Of a stretch of 64,000 nt of DNA, positions 48,907-58,385 are shown one piece after another. The notes below the pieces were generated by a model that was given only the letters and a program-made list of their open reading frames with translations, had not been told where the DNA came from and made no database searches. Source of the stretch: Myxococcales bacterium (GTDB lineage: Bacteria > Myxococcota_A > UBA9042 > JABWCM01 > BTVJ01). Location: assembly GCA_045863395.1 (NCBI GenBank), contig BTVJ01000023.1:32214-96213 (forward strand). The letters run 5' to 3'. The position numbers were made by a program, and so were the translations under genes. The stretch's first letter is position 1, and the number at the start of each line of letters is the position of its first letter.

Positions 48907-49749
48907 ATGGCCGCGGACTCGGCCCGCATCAGCCCCACCGCCCACTACACCGGCTACGTCTGGGTGCGCGCCGGTCTGTCTCACCCAGCGCTCGTCACCT
49001 GGCAGGGCAGGGCGCTCTACTGGGCGGCCGAGCCCCTGATTCGCCTCGCGGCCCCGACGGTGGGGGGCACCACGCTGGAGATCCTGCTCCGCGCCCGGCA
49101 CGCGATCCTGGACGAGCTGCTGCACGCGGCCATCGAGGACGGCCGCATCGGCCAGGTGGTCGAGGTCGCCGCCGGGCTCAGCCCAAGGGGTCTCCGCTTC
49201 GTCATGCGCCACCCCCGACTCCGCTACGTGGAGGCGGACCTCCCGGCCATGGCGGCGCGCAAGCGGGCGGCGCTCCAGGGGCGCGGCCTGCTGGAGGACC
49301 GCCACACGGTGGTGGACGTGGACGCCCTGACTGACACCGGCCCCCTGAGCCTCGGGAGCGCCGTTGCTCCCCTCCTGGACCCGTCTCTGGGGACGGCCAT
49401 CGTCACCGAGGGCCTGGTCAACTACTTCGACGAGGCGACGGTCCGCGGCATGTGGGCGCGATTTGCGCGCTTCCTCGGCGCCTTTCCCCACGGCCTCTAC
49501 CTCAGCGACCTGCACCTGGCCGGCGACGTGGACCACCTGCCCGCCGTGCGCCTCTTCCGGAGGGGTCTCGCCGCCTTCGCGCGTGGTGCAAACCACATGC
49601 ACTTCGAGGACGCGGCCGCCGCGCGTGCGGCGTTCGCAGACTGCGGCCTCACCGCGACCCTGCACCGGCCGAGCGAGTGGGTGGGGCGCCTGGCGCTGCC
49701 CCGCGAGGCGGCGACGGACGTCGTGCGCATCGTGGAGGCGAGCGCCTGA
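48907..49749 (+). CDS. Class I SAM-dependent methyltransferase (LCM/TcmP-like)
   Basis: ISPTAHYTG, QVVEVAAGLSPRG, YVEADLP, IVTEGLVNYF. Confidence 0.9.
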   Translation: MAADSARISPTAHYTGYVWVRAGLSHPALVTWQGRALYWAAEPLIRLAAPTVGGTTLEILLRARHAILDELLHAAIEDGRIGQVVEVAAGLSPRGLRFVMRHPRLRYVEADLPAMAARKRAALQGRGLLEDRHTVVDVDALTDTGPLSLGSAVAPLLDPSLGTAIVTEGLVNYFDEATVRGMWARFARFLGAFPHGLYLSDLHLAGDVDHLPAVRLFRRGLAAFARGANHMHFEDAAAARAAFADCGLTATLHRPSEWVGRLALPREAATDVVRIVEASA

Positions 49750-49945
49750 CCCCGCGCCTCGGGCGTCGCCTTCCGCCGCGGCCACCTCCGCTGAACCCCG
49801 TGTGATCGGTGGAGACCCGTTCGTCGACGAGCGCACCCTGGGCAGCACCGCCGCGGTGGACGTGGACCCGGTGAGACTGCCGTGGAGAGCGGGGCAGAGG
49901 GTCGATCTGGAGCGGAAGGCCACGGCTGGCTGGCAGCAGTGGCGA

Positions 49946-50533
49946 TCAGTCCTCGAGCACCGGCCACCAGAGCGAGAGATCGAGCTCAATGGCATCGAAC
50001 GGCTCGATGCGTGCCACCTCGTCATCCATGTGGGCGGCGATGAGCGACCAGCGGCCCCCCTCCAGGCGGAGGACCTCGAGGGTGCGGGCCAGGGGGTCGA
50101 CGAGCCATGCGTGCCGTACCCCGTGGCTGGCGTAGGCCGCGAGCTTGCGGACCCGGTCGAGGCGGGCGGTCGAGGGGGAGAGCACCTCGCAGATCCAGTC
50201 TGGCGCCATGGTGAACGCGGCGGCGCGGGGGAGCGCCGGCATCCGCTCGCGGCGCCAACCCGCCTGGTCCGGCACGAGGACGTCCCCGCCCAGGTGGAGC
50301 TCCGGCTCGGCGATGACCCACCACCCCCCGGGCCCGCTGCCGCGCCCGCCCGGGCCCTGGCCGAGCTGGAACGGGCCATTGAGGAGGGTGCCGAGCACCG
50401 AGCTGGTGGACCCGTGCGCTGGCGACGGCCGCGGGGTGGTCACGAGCTCCCCGTCGACGACCTCCGCGATCAGGTGCTCCGGGGCGCGGAGCACATCCTC
50501 GTAGGTGGCGCGTTTGCGTGCTGGCTCCGACAT
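49946..50533 (-). CDS. Uma2 family (DUF820) PD-(D/E)xK endonuclease
   Basis: ATYEDV..AEVVDGEL..PRP..H, EPELHL, VPD, APDWICEVLSPST..D...K, WLVDP; AGGAGG RBS. Confidence 0.93.
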   Translation of the reverse strand: MSEPARKRATYEDVLRAPEHLIAEVVDGELVTTPRPSPAHGSTSSVLGTLLNGPFQLGQGPGGRGSGPGGWWVIAEPELHLGGDVLVPDQAGWRRERMPALPRAAAFTMAPDWICEVLSPSTARLDRVRKLAAYASHGVRHAWLVDPLARTLEVLRLEGGRWSLIAAHMDDEVARIEPFDAIELDLSLWWPVLED

Positions 50534-50615
50534 GGTGGTCCTCCTGTCCGCCCAAGCGTATCGTCGGCGGGGCATCCGGTCCACCGCAACCGCGGCAAGA
50601 GCTCCCCGGCGGGCC

Positions 50616-50870
50616 TCAGCGCGCCCCATGCGAGCCGTCGCGTAGGTTCCACGTGACGGTGGAGTCGTCGCCGGGGGTGAGGCCCCAGGTGTCTGCACAG
50701 GCGACGACCGACTCGACGCCCTTGGCGGTGAGGGACAGCGCCGGGGCCATGTCGCCTGGGGATGTGCCGTCACCGCGGCACCGGAACCGAACAGCGCCTC
50801 GGGAAGGCTGTACGCGGGCGCGTAGGATCCGTCGGCGTTCAGGGTCAGCGCCACCGGCTCGGCGAGCCCG
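50616..50870 (-). pseudogene. Frameshifted gene remnant
   Basis: Coding-like GC3 pattern: GLAEPVALTLNADGSYAPAYSLPEALFGSGAAVT, then in another frame PGDMAPALSLTAKGVESVV..GDDSTVTW; no start codon or RBS. Confidence 0.45.
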
Positions 50871-50954
50871 GCACTGCGCCTGCTCTGGAGTCCAGGCTTG
50901 CTTCGGACGAGGCGGTGGTCGTCGGTCGTCTCGCGCCGCGTAGCCGGTGGCTGG

Positions 50955-50990
50955 GAACCGCTCCGGTCCGCGTACCGTACGGAACGGTTC
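50955..50990. promoter_or_regulatory. Inverted repeat, candidate enhancer (UAS) for a sigma54 activator
   Basis: GAACCGCTCCG-N14-CGGAACGGTTC (one mismatch), about 110-140 bp upstream of the -24 element. Confidence 0.5.
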
Positions 50991-51095
50991 GCGTCGCCTC
51001 TGCGTGTGGCGTCTACCCGAGCTCGGTTGGGGCGAGCTGTGTTGCAACTGTTCGTAAATGCGATGATTTGATGCTGGTTGTCCGCTGGACGGGTC

Positions 51096-51112
51096 TTGGC
51101 GCGGGTATTGCT
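51096..51112 (+). promoter_or_regulatory. sigma54 (-24/-12) promoter
   Basis: TTGGCGCGGGTATTGCT matches TGGCACG-N4-TTGC with exact GG-N10-GC spacing, 89 bp before ATG 51201. Confidence 0.75.
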
Positions 51113-51200
51113 CTGGAGTCCGGCCAGAAGCGCAACGACGCAGCGCGGGATGGGAGTCGACGCCCGCGCGCCAGGGAGTCAACGAAGGAGGCGAGGAACC

Positions 51201-52631
51201 ATGGACTTCTGGAAAGACCGGAAAGCGAGGGTCGGCTTGATGGCCGTGACCGTCGCAATGGTGACCGGGCAGACGCCGGCCATGGCGCAGGAGCCGCCGA
51301 CCGTCCGGGATGAGGCCGAGATGCAGGCGGTGAGGGAGCCGCTGCGGGAGGCCGCCTGGGAGCTCGACGCGCAGCGGGTGCGGCAGCTCCGCGAGGGTGG
51401 GGGCATCGACCCGACGGTCATCGGGGCGATGCAGAGGGCTTGCGCAGCGTTCGGTGCAGACGAGCGGATCACGGTGGCGGTCAGCCACCCCGATGCGGGT
51501 GCGCCAGGCAAGGTGCGTACACGGAGCGCCGCGTCCCTCTGCGCCGAGGCCGACATCGAGGCGGCGTATCTCATGAAGGGCGAGGAGCGCGAGCGGCTGC
51601 TCTGTCGCGCCAGCGAACAGGCGGTCGCGCGCCTTCGCTTCGACCCGTCCGACCGGGACGCGGCGGCGGCAGGCGCCATCGCGGGGTGCATTGGTCTGAG
51701 CGCCTGTCCGTCCGGCGATCGCCGGAGCTTCCTTGGTGCCTGCACGAGGGGGCTCGAGCTTCTGGACCGGTCTCTGGAGCACTGGCTCGGGCGGTCCGAC
51801 GTGGCGTCCATCATCTCCGCCGCCCAGATGGTCCGGGAGGCGGCGAGCGCCGTGGCCTGCGCCCCAGAGGTCGGGCCCGTCTTGGCGCGGATTGTCCGCC
51901 CGGGGCGCGCCGCGGACGTGGGGGGCGACCTGGCTGCAGACTGGGCCGAGGCGACGCGCCCCCTCGGCGAGGCGACGTCGCTGGACCCGGAGGACCCCGT
52001 CGTCGGGCTCATCGTCGGGCGGGTGCGGAGCCTGGTCCAAGTGGTTGTGGACGCAGGGTTGCTGGACCGTACCGTGGCTGCCGCTCGGGTGCGGCTCCGC
52101 ACGGCCATCGGGCGGGTGGCGCTCGCCGCGGTCGACGCGCAGATGGTGCAGGAGCGCTGCGACGAGCCCGAGGGGTGTGACGAGCGTGCGGTCGAGGCAG
52201 CGCTCGGCGCCGCGTGCCTCGCCTCGTCCACGGGCGTCGACGCGCCCGAGGTGCTAACCAACGCGGACACCGCCCTGCACGACTACGTCTCCGCGCGGTG
52301 GGAGCAGATCAACGGCGGCGAAGATGGCCCCACGATGGCCCTCGAGCGCCTCACGGCTGTCTGCCAGCCCACGACCTTCGTCTCTGCCGTCCGCTGGTTC
52401 GTGCTGCGCCGACTCCAGGGCGGAGGCAAGCAGACAGCTCCAGCCTTGCTCGACTCGTTGCTCGCGGAGCCGGACGACGCGCGGCGGGTCAAGACCTGCT
52501 CCCTCAACCTGGGCGGGCCCTTCGAGGAACTCCTGTACGGCACTGCCCAAATGCCCGCCGTCGAGGACTTCACCGCGGACTGCTCGCAACAGCACGCCCG
52601 GGACACCCGTGGCAAGGAGGATGCACCATGA
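51201..52631 (+). CDS. Hypothetical secreted helical Cys-containing protein
   Basis: GGAGG/GAGG RBS; signal peptide ending AMA-Q; no family recognised. Confidence 0.75.
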   Translation: MDFWKDRKARVGLMAVTVAMVTGQTPAMAQEPPTVRDEAEMQAVREPLREAAWELDAQRVRQLREGGGIDPTVIGAMQRACAAFGADERITVAVSHPDAGAPGKVRTRSAASLCAEADIEAAYLMKGEERERLLCRASEQAVARLRFDPSDRDAAAAGAIAGCIGLSACPSGDRRSFLGACTRGLELLDRSLEHWLGRSDVASIISAAQMVREAASAVACAPEVGPVLARIVRPGRAADVGGDLAADWAEATRPLGEATSLDPEDPVVGLIVGRVRSLVQVVVDAGLLDRTVAAARVRLRTAIGRVALAAVDAQMVQERCDEPEGCDERAVEAALGAACLASSTGVDAPEVLTNADTALHDYVSARWEQINGGEDGPTMALERLTAVCQPTTFVSAVRWFVLRRLQGGGKQTAPALLDSLLAEPDDARRVKTCSLNLGGPFEELLYGTAQMPAVEDFTADCSQQHARDTRGKEDAP

Positions 52632-53371
52632 GCTCGGAGAACCCCCTCAAGGTGTTGGCCATCGTGTCTCTCTGCGGTCTCCTGGCGGCAGGCCCGGCGA
52701 CCGCCGCCACGAAGGCCGTCACGGCAGTCGCCCACTATGCCAGTGGCTACCGTGACGCCGCAGCGGCCCTCGCCCCCGAAGCGGCGGCCGAGTGCAACGC
52801 GCTGAATCTCCGGGCCCGGGCCGGATCACTGGGTTCGAAGGATGCCGAACAGGCAGCAGCCTGTGACGCCCTCACGCAGGCTGGCCTCATCGGATCGGAC
52901 TGGAAACACCCCAGGCTCGACGAGCTGGTCGCGCAAGGACCTGGCCCGGGCAGACTCACGGTGGGCGGGTCGCCGGAGAGTCTCGATGACATCCTGCAGA
53001 TATCGCGCAAACTCGCGGCGGCCGAGGCGCTGGCGCTGGACGTGGCGGCTCCAGACACAGGGCTTGACGATGCTGTTGTCGCAGGTTGGGTCGCGTCCGG
53101 CGTCGTGACGGTCGCCGGAATCACCGTCCTCGCGCTCTACGGCGTGGAGGCGGCGCGCTTCGACGCGCGTCAGACCAACCCAATGGCGACCACCCGGGAG
53201 CTTGGGGATCAGCGGCAGAAGGCGACCGACTACGGCATCGCTGGCGGCGTGGTGACCGGCGCTGGGGTGCTGGGACTCATCGTGATGCTGGCCGTCACTC
53301 TCGCCACCGACTCAGACACCTCGCCGGTGCACGTCGGGCCCCAGGGTGTGGTGGCCGGCGCTGGATTCTGA
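52628..53371 (+). CDS. Hypothetical exported protein with two C-terminal hydrophobic helices
   Basis: ATGA overlap, AGGAGG RBS, signal peptide, two Gly/Val-rich TM segments, C-terminal GAGF. Confidence 0.75.
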   Translation: MSSENPLKVLAIVSLCGLLAAGPATAATKAVTAVAHYASGYRDAAAALAPEAAAECNALNLRARAGSLGSKDAEQAAACDALTQAGLIGSDWKHPRLDELVAQGPGPGRLTVGGSPESLDDILQISRKLAAAEALALDVAAPDTGLDDAVVAGWVASGVVTVAGITVLALYGVEAARFDARQTNPMATTRELGDQRQKATDYGIAGGVVTGAGVLGLIVMLAVTLATDSDTSPVHVGPQGVVAGAGF

Positions 53372-53473
53372 GTCGCGGAGTCATGGGGAGGGAACGGGGA
53401 GTCATCCCCGACAGGGAGAGTCCGCCCGCAAGGTGCGAGCGGTCGAAACAGTGCGAAGTCAGGAGGTACGGTC

Positions 53474-55927
53474 ATGTTCCGCAAGTGGATTCCTCCATCG
53501 GTCCGGCGCTGTGGCCTCGCGCTCTGCCTCTGGACCGTCGTCTCCGTCGTCGCCGCCTGCCTGGACGGCGTGCGTGAGCCAGACCTGCTCGGCCCGCAGT
53601 CCGTGGAGTGCGATCTGGTCATCCCCCCCGAAGGTGGCACCCTGAGCTGCCACCCGGCCGTGTCGCTGCGGGTGCAGCCGGGCAGCGTCGCGGAAGCCAT
53701 GCCCATCCGGGTGGGGGTGACGAGCCCCGCTGCGCTGGCCCCCGACGCATCGAAGCACCGGCTGTTCCGCGTCTCCTTCACCGGGCTCGATCAGACCACG
53801 GTGGAGTTCGAGCGGCCCGTGGAGATCACCGTGGACCTCGCGGCGCTGCGGGACTTCGACGTGGCGAGCCGTGACATGCCGCCGCCGCCGGTGTCTGCGG
53901 GCCAGCCCCTAGCGGTCCTCTGGGTCGAGGGCAAAGAGTGGGCGCTGGGTCAGCTCGATCCGAGCCAGGGCAAGGTCGCCTGGCCCGTCCGGCACCTGTC
54001 CGCCTACGAGGGCATCGTCGACCAGGCGGCCCCCGGCGGCCTGCCGTCCTGGCCCCTGCCCGTGACGGACGGCGTCACTGGCAACCCCGTGGAGTACCCC
54101 ATCGAGGCGGGGACGGAGCGCGCCACGGTCGCTGACGCGGCGCCCGGTGACGACCACATCCATCCGTGCCAGCAGGTCGGACCCGTGGCGGGCGCAGGAC
54201 TCCCGGCGGCACCCTGCCGCAAGGCCATCGCCGCGGACGTGACGCGTATCGTCGTGCTCCCTCACTTCGCGTGGACCAACGACCTCTTCGCCTCCCTGTT
54301 CGGGCCTATGGAGAGCGTCGCCCTGACCGGCGAGGTCGGCTCCTTGCGCCTGGGCCTGGGGTCCAACTGGGTCGATGTCCCCGCCCCGATGGTGCACATC
54401 GACGACGCCTTCCTGGACACGCTTGCCGCCTACGTCGACGACTGGGACGAGCTCCCTTCGCTGGCTCCCGTCCAGGCCCGCATCCTGCGCCTCGTGGACG
54501 CGCTGCGCGGCGCGGACGTGCGCGCTCCGCTCCCCGTGCTGAAGTATGCGCTCGGGCTCGCTGTGGAGCAGGGCCTCGTGTGGGCGGAGATCGCCGCCAT
54601 CACGAGCCGCGCCCAGACCGTCGGCGGGTCGCTGGCTCCCCTCGGCGGCCTGGAGCGCGACGTCGCGGCCCTGGACGGCATCCGGGAGGCGGGCGAGGCC
54701 ATGCTGGCCGAGCAGGAGACCTGCGTCGATGACCTGGCCTCCCGCCTGCTCGCGAGCCCCGTCCTGGACGACCTGCGCGGCGTGCGGCTCCCGTGCGGCA
54801 GCCGGAGCCTGACCGCCGCGGCCTTCGGCGCCGAGCTGCCCGGGGCCAGCTCCTGGACCGACGACTCCGCCGACGCGCTGACGGACATGGGCACGCCGGG
54901 CCGCAAGGCGGTGACGGCCATGCGCATCGCCATGGCGCGCAAGCTCCTGGACTCCGCCTGGATCGGCGAACCCGTGGCGTCGGCGTACAAGCCCGAGTGC
55001 ACGACGGCGCAGTGTCTCAGCGAGCTGGCCGGGGCGATGGTCCGCGGTGGCCTCGAGGCCTTCATCCTGCACGCGCGGGCCAGGCTCCTCGAGGAGGACG
55101 GCGCCGCCTCCCTCGCAGGCCGGTCCTACTGCATGGGCGAGCGCCCCTACACCGTGCTGTCCGAGGACGTGGCCTCCTGCGGCGGCTACGCGCTGGATGC
55201 CCCCGGGCTCGGGGCGCTGGGCCTGCGGGTCGCGCTCGAGCAGTCTGTTGGGGTGCTCCAGGACCTGCGCTCGTCCTGGCTCAAGCCCATCCTGAACGTC
55301 CACGGCGTGCCGGACGACGGCGTGAAGGTGGTGAGCCCGCTGGATGGGCTGCCGTTCGCCCCCTGCTCCAAGGCCACCGGCCCTCACGAGCCGGCCACTG
55401 GAGCCTGTGGTGACGCCTTCGAGACCGTCTGGGGTCATGATGGTGAGAAGTGCAGCGCCTGGTACACGGTCAGAGTCAGCGGAGGCAGCTCCGTCCTCAA
55501 GGCGCCCCTGGACATGCACGTCTCCGGGCTCGTCGAGCCCGGCACCGGTGACCCGACCCTGGGCGGCGTCGTGTGCTTCCAGTCGGACCTCAAGGACCGC
55601 CCCTCCGATGCCCCCTGGATGTTCTGCATTGGTGGGCTCGGCGCGATCCTCGCCGGTGGACAGGGCAGCCACGTCGAGGCGGGTCAGCCCATCGGAATCG
55701 TGAGCGGCCTCGGGGCCCCCGACGGCGTCCCCCTGGCGCGTATCCAGGCGGTGCGGCCGCCCGTGAGGGCCGATGGCACCATCACCCACGGCCTGCCCCT
55801 GAGCCTGGCAGCGTCCATGCCAGCCGCCGAGTGCTGGGCGGCCCTCGACGCCTTCGGCAGCGATCCCCTGGCTCTGCTGGGCAAGGTCGAGGCGGCGCAG
55901 GCGGCCGGCGCCCCCGTCGTGGAGTAG
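53474..55927 (+). CDS. Hypothetical lipoprotein with N-terminal ZU5-like and C-terminal degenerate M23-like domains
   Basis: Lipobox VAAC; IPPEGGTL..LRVQPGS..FERPVEIT..HLS; C-terminal VEAGQPIGIV lacking the HxH motif. Confidence 0.7.
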   Translation: MFRKWIPPSVRRCGLALCLWTVVSVVAACLDGVREPDLLGPQSVECDLVIPPEGGTLSCHPAVSLRVQPGSVAEAMPIRVGVTSPAALAPDASKHRLFRVSFTGLDQTTVEFERPVEITVDLAALRDFDVASRDMPPPPVSAGQPLAVLWVEGKEWALGQLDPSQGKVAWPVRHLSAYEGIVDQAAPGGLPSWPLPVTDGVTGNPVEYPIEAGTERATVADAAPGDDHIHPCQQVGPVAGAGLPAAPCRKAIAADVTRIVVLPHFAWTNDLFASLFGPMESVALTGEVGSLRLGLGSNWVDVPAPMVHIDDAFLDTLAAYVDDWDELPSLAPVQARILRLVDALRGADVRAPLPVLKYALGLAVEQGLVWAEIAAITSRAQTVGGSLAPLGGLERDVAALDGIREAGEAMLAEQETCVDDLASRLLASPVLDDLRGVRLPCGSRSLTAAAFGAELPGASSWTDDSADALTDMGTPGRKAVTAMRIAMARKLLDSAWIGEPVASAYKPECTTAQCLSELAGAMVRGGLEAFILHARARLLEEDGAASLAGRSYCMGERPYTVLSEDVASCGGYALDAPGLGALGLRVALEQSVGVLQDLRSSWLKPILNVHGVPDDGVKVVSPLDGLPFAPCSKATGPHEPATGACGDAFETVWGHDGEKCSAWYTVRVSGGSSVLKAPLDMHVSGLVEPGTGDPTLGGVVCFQSDLKDRPSDAPWMFCIGGLGAILAGGQGSHVEAGQPIGIVSGLGAPDGVPLARIQAVRPPVRADGTITHGLPLSLAASMPAAECWAALDAFGSDPLALLGKVEAAQAAGAPVVE

Positions 55928-55984
55928 CGAACCTGCGCCCCGCCCGCGGTGGGCGGGGCGCCCCACCCCCAAGAGGAGGAACCC

Positions 55985-56863
55985 ATGAAGACGAGTGGAC
56001 GTGACAGGATCCGGGAGCTGTGCATGCCCTCGCTGGGCTTCGCGCTGGCGGCGGTGATGCTACTGCCCAGCGCCGCCATTGCGGCTGGGGCGGATGAGGG
56101 CTGTCGTGCGGAGGGCTCGTGCGATGACCCTGGCGCGGTGGTCGTGGAGGAAGACGGGGCGTTGCCCGACGACGGCGGTGACGCAAGGGTGCCCGGCGGA
56201 GACGTCGAAGCGGCCATGAGTGACGAGGTCGTGCCCGAGCCGGAGCCCGAGGCGGCGACGACGCCCCGCTGCCCCCTCGGCGCCGAGGAGGTGACCATCG
56301 CCGAGTCCGACGCCTGCGTCGAGCGCGGCGACGGGTGGTGGGTGGTGCCGGGCCACGGTGGCGAGGCGCTCCTGGCCTACGCCGGCCCCCCCGACTCCGT
56401 GGTGACCTTCCGGCTCGTGGCGGAGGGGGAAGGCAAGCGCGCCTTCTGGCTGCACGTCCCCGACCGGGACCACCTGTCGCCAAAGGCGCCCGCCACGGTG
56501 ATCGTCGACGGACAGCGGCACGAGCGGTTCGTCGACCTTCTCGCGATGCGGGGCGGGTGGGCCTCCCTGGGCGCGTACCCGGTCCACGCAGGCGCCGACG
56601 TCCGCGTGGAGGTGCGCGACGACACGGGCGAGGCCTTCACGGGGGCCGCCGACAGCCCCGCCGTCACCATCGACGACCTGCGCGTCACGCTCCTGGAGCC
56701 GGTGTCCGTGTGCACGGGCTGCGAGCCGCCGGAGCTCCTCGGCTGGCCGGACCCCCCGACCCCCGACGCCGCGGCGCAGGGCTGTATGGCGGCGAGCCCT
56801 CAGTCTGGCGCGGTTGCTGCGGTCGCGCTGCTCCTCGCCTGGACCCGTCGCCGCCGGGCGTGA
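55985..56863 (+). CDS. Secreted protein with beta-sandwich domain and MYXO-CTERM-like sorting tail
   Basis: Signal peptide; C-terminus GCMAA..hydrophobic helix..RRRRA. Confidence 0.75.
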   Translation: MKTSGRDRIRELCMPSLGFALAAVMLLPSAAIAAGADEGCRAEGSCDDPGAVVVEEDGALPDDGGDARVPGGDVEAAMSDEVVPEPEPEAATTPRCPLGAEEVTIAESDACVERGDGWWVVPGHGGEALLAYAGPPDSVVTFRLVAEGEGKRAFWLHVPDRDHLSPKAPATVIVDGQRHERFVDLLAMRGGWASLGAYPVHAGADVRVEVRDDTGEAFTGAADSPAVTIDDLRVTLLEPVSVCTGCEPPELLGWPDPPTPDAAAQGCMAASPQSGAVAAVALLLAWTRRRRA

Positions 56864-56942
56864 CCCGTTGGGGGGGCACGACAGTTGACAGGACCGAGGC
56901 GTTTCGCTTCCAATCGACAGCCTGACGCGGCGGGAGGTCAGC

Positions 56943-58382
56943 ATGTGGAGCCCGGATCGGGTAGCGCGTATCGAGAGAGGCGGGGAGCTCGTGGCCGCGG
57001 GCTACGCCATTGGACCGCGGCACGTGCTGACAGCGCGGGCCGCGGTGCAGGGGCGGGAGGGTCTTCGCGTGACCGTGGGGGAGCTCCGAGGCGTGGCAGC
57101 GACGATGGTGTGGCCGAACAACGAGGCCTTCGCGCCGGCTCTGCTGCAAACGGAGGGAGACCTCAAAGTGCCCTTGGACCTCGTTGGGCTCACGGGGCCT
57201 TGGTACTCGGCCGAATTTGCAGAGGTCCACGAGTTGGCGCTGCCTGACCAACCCAAAGGCACGGTCGCAACCACGTCAGGGCCGATGCCCCATGCGGACC
57301 GTGACACCACCTCTGTCTACCTGGAGTGTTGGACGAAGGCAGGCGAATCACAGGCAAGCCTGGGAGCTCCTGTCGTCGTCCGGTCGTCCACCCGATCAGG
57401 GTGCGTCGTGGCCGTGGTCACAGGTTCCGCGCAGCATGGCGATAACGTCGTGGACATGGCGACGCTCACCCGCGCCTTCGCCTGCGATTCCACGTTCGTC
57501 GAGGCGGTTCTCGGAGAGACTGCGGCGAAGCGGCACCAGTCATTCCTCGCCGATCTCGAGGTGAAGGTGTCGAAGACGCTGGGCGCGTCCCGTCCGCTCC
57601 GCGATGCAATGCACCAGACACTTGAAGGGCGGACAGATGGGACGCCGGAGGCGCTCGCCCGCTGGCTCCTTCACAAGGTCAGCGGAGCAGAAACCATCCG
57701 GTGTCTCCACGACGCCTGGAGGGCGGCAGACGAGCCGGCGGTCCGTGGCTTCGCGAGAGACCTGGTCTGTCACCTCCTTCCCGCCAGTCTCGATTGGCGG
57801 AGCCGAGTCTATCAGGCGATGAGCGATCTGTCCGAGATCCCCAGAGCCACTAGAATTGAAGCGCACTCGGTGACGATCGCCGAGGCCATCATGGCAGGCG
57901 CCGAGGCGCGGCCGGTGCGGTTCGCCCCGGTCCAGCACGATGCGGATCTACCGGGGCTGTCGGCCATCATGGCCCCGCCGAACACGATGGTCACGAACTG
58001 GGAGGGTCTGGCGCCGGAGGCCGTAGCCCATGGGGTGCAGCAGATGGGGGCCGATGATCCCGTAACCCTGGTAGAGGAGAGACTGGGTAGGCGCTACGCG
58101 ACCCCGGAGGTGCGGCACAGGAAGCTGGAGGGAGAGCTGAACAGGCGCGCCGAGCGTGGATTGCCCGAGCGGCCGGCGTACTACCTGCTGGTGTCCGACA
58201 TCGCCGCTGATCCCGTTGCGCGCGCCGGCCGGTGGGAGGCATTCGAGCACCAGATGTCGCGGGTCCTCCCGAGCCTCCGTGTCGTGCTCCTCTGGGGCGG
58301 CGAGGGCGTGGACGGCGAGGAGACCATTGCCATTGACTTGAGCAGCATGTTCGCGAGCGGTGAGCAACGACCACGAGGTTGA
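56943..58382 (+). CDS. vWA-MoxR-associated adaptor protein with N-terminal inactive trypsin-like domain
   Basis: GYAIGPRHVLTARAAV / ALL / SLGAPVV trypsin-like pattern without the catalytic triad; immediately upstream of MoxR; GGAGG RBS. Confidence 0.7.
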   Translation: MWSPDRVARIERGGELVAAGYAIGPRHVLTARAAVQGREGLRVTVGELRGVAATMVWPNNEAFAPALLQTEGDLKVPLDLVGLTGPWYSAEFAEVHELALPDQPKGTVATTSGPMPHADRDTTSVYLECWTKAGESQASLGAPVVVRSSTRSGCVVAVVTGSAQHGDNVVDMATLTRAFACDSTFVEAVLGETAAKRHQSFLADLEVKVSKTLGASRPLRDAMHQTLEGRTDGTPEALARWLLHKVSGAETIRCLHDAWRAADEPAVRGFARDLVCHLLPASLDWRSRVYQAMSDLSEIPRATRIEAHSVTIAEAIMAGAEARPVRFAPVQHDADLPGLSAIMAPPNTMVTNWEGLAPEAVAHGVQQMGADDPVTLVEERLGRRYATPEVRHRKLEGELNRRAERGLPERPAYYLLVSDIAADPVARAGRWEAFEHQMSRVLPSLRVVLLWGGEGVDGEETIAIDLSSMFASGEQRPRG

Positions 58383-58385
58383 TAG

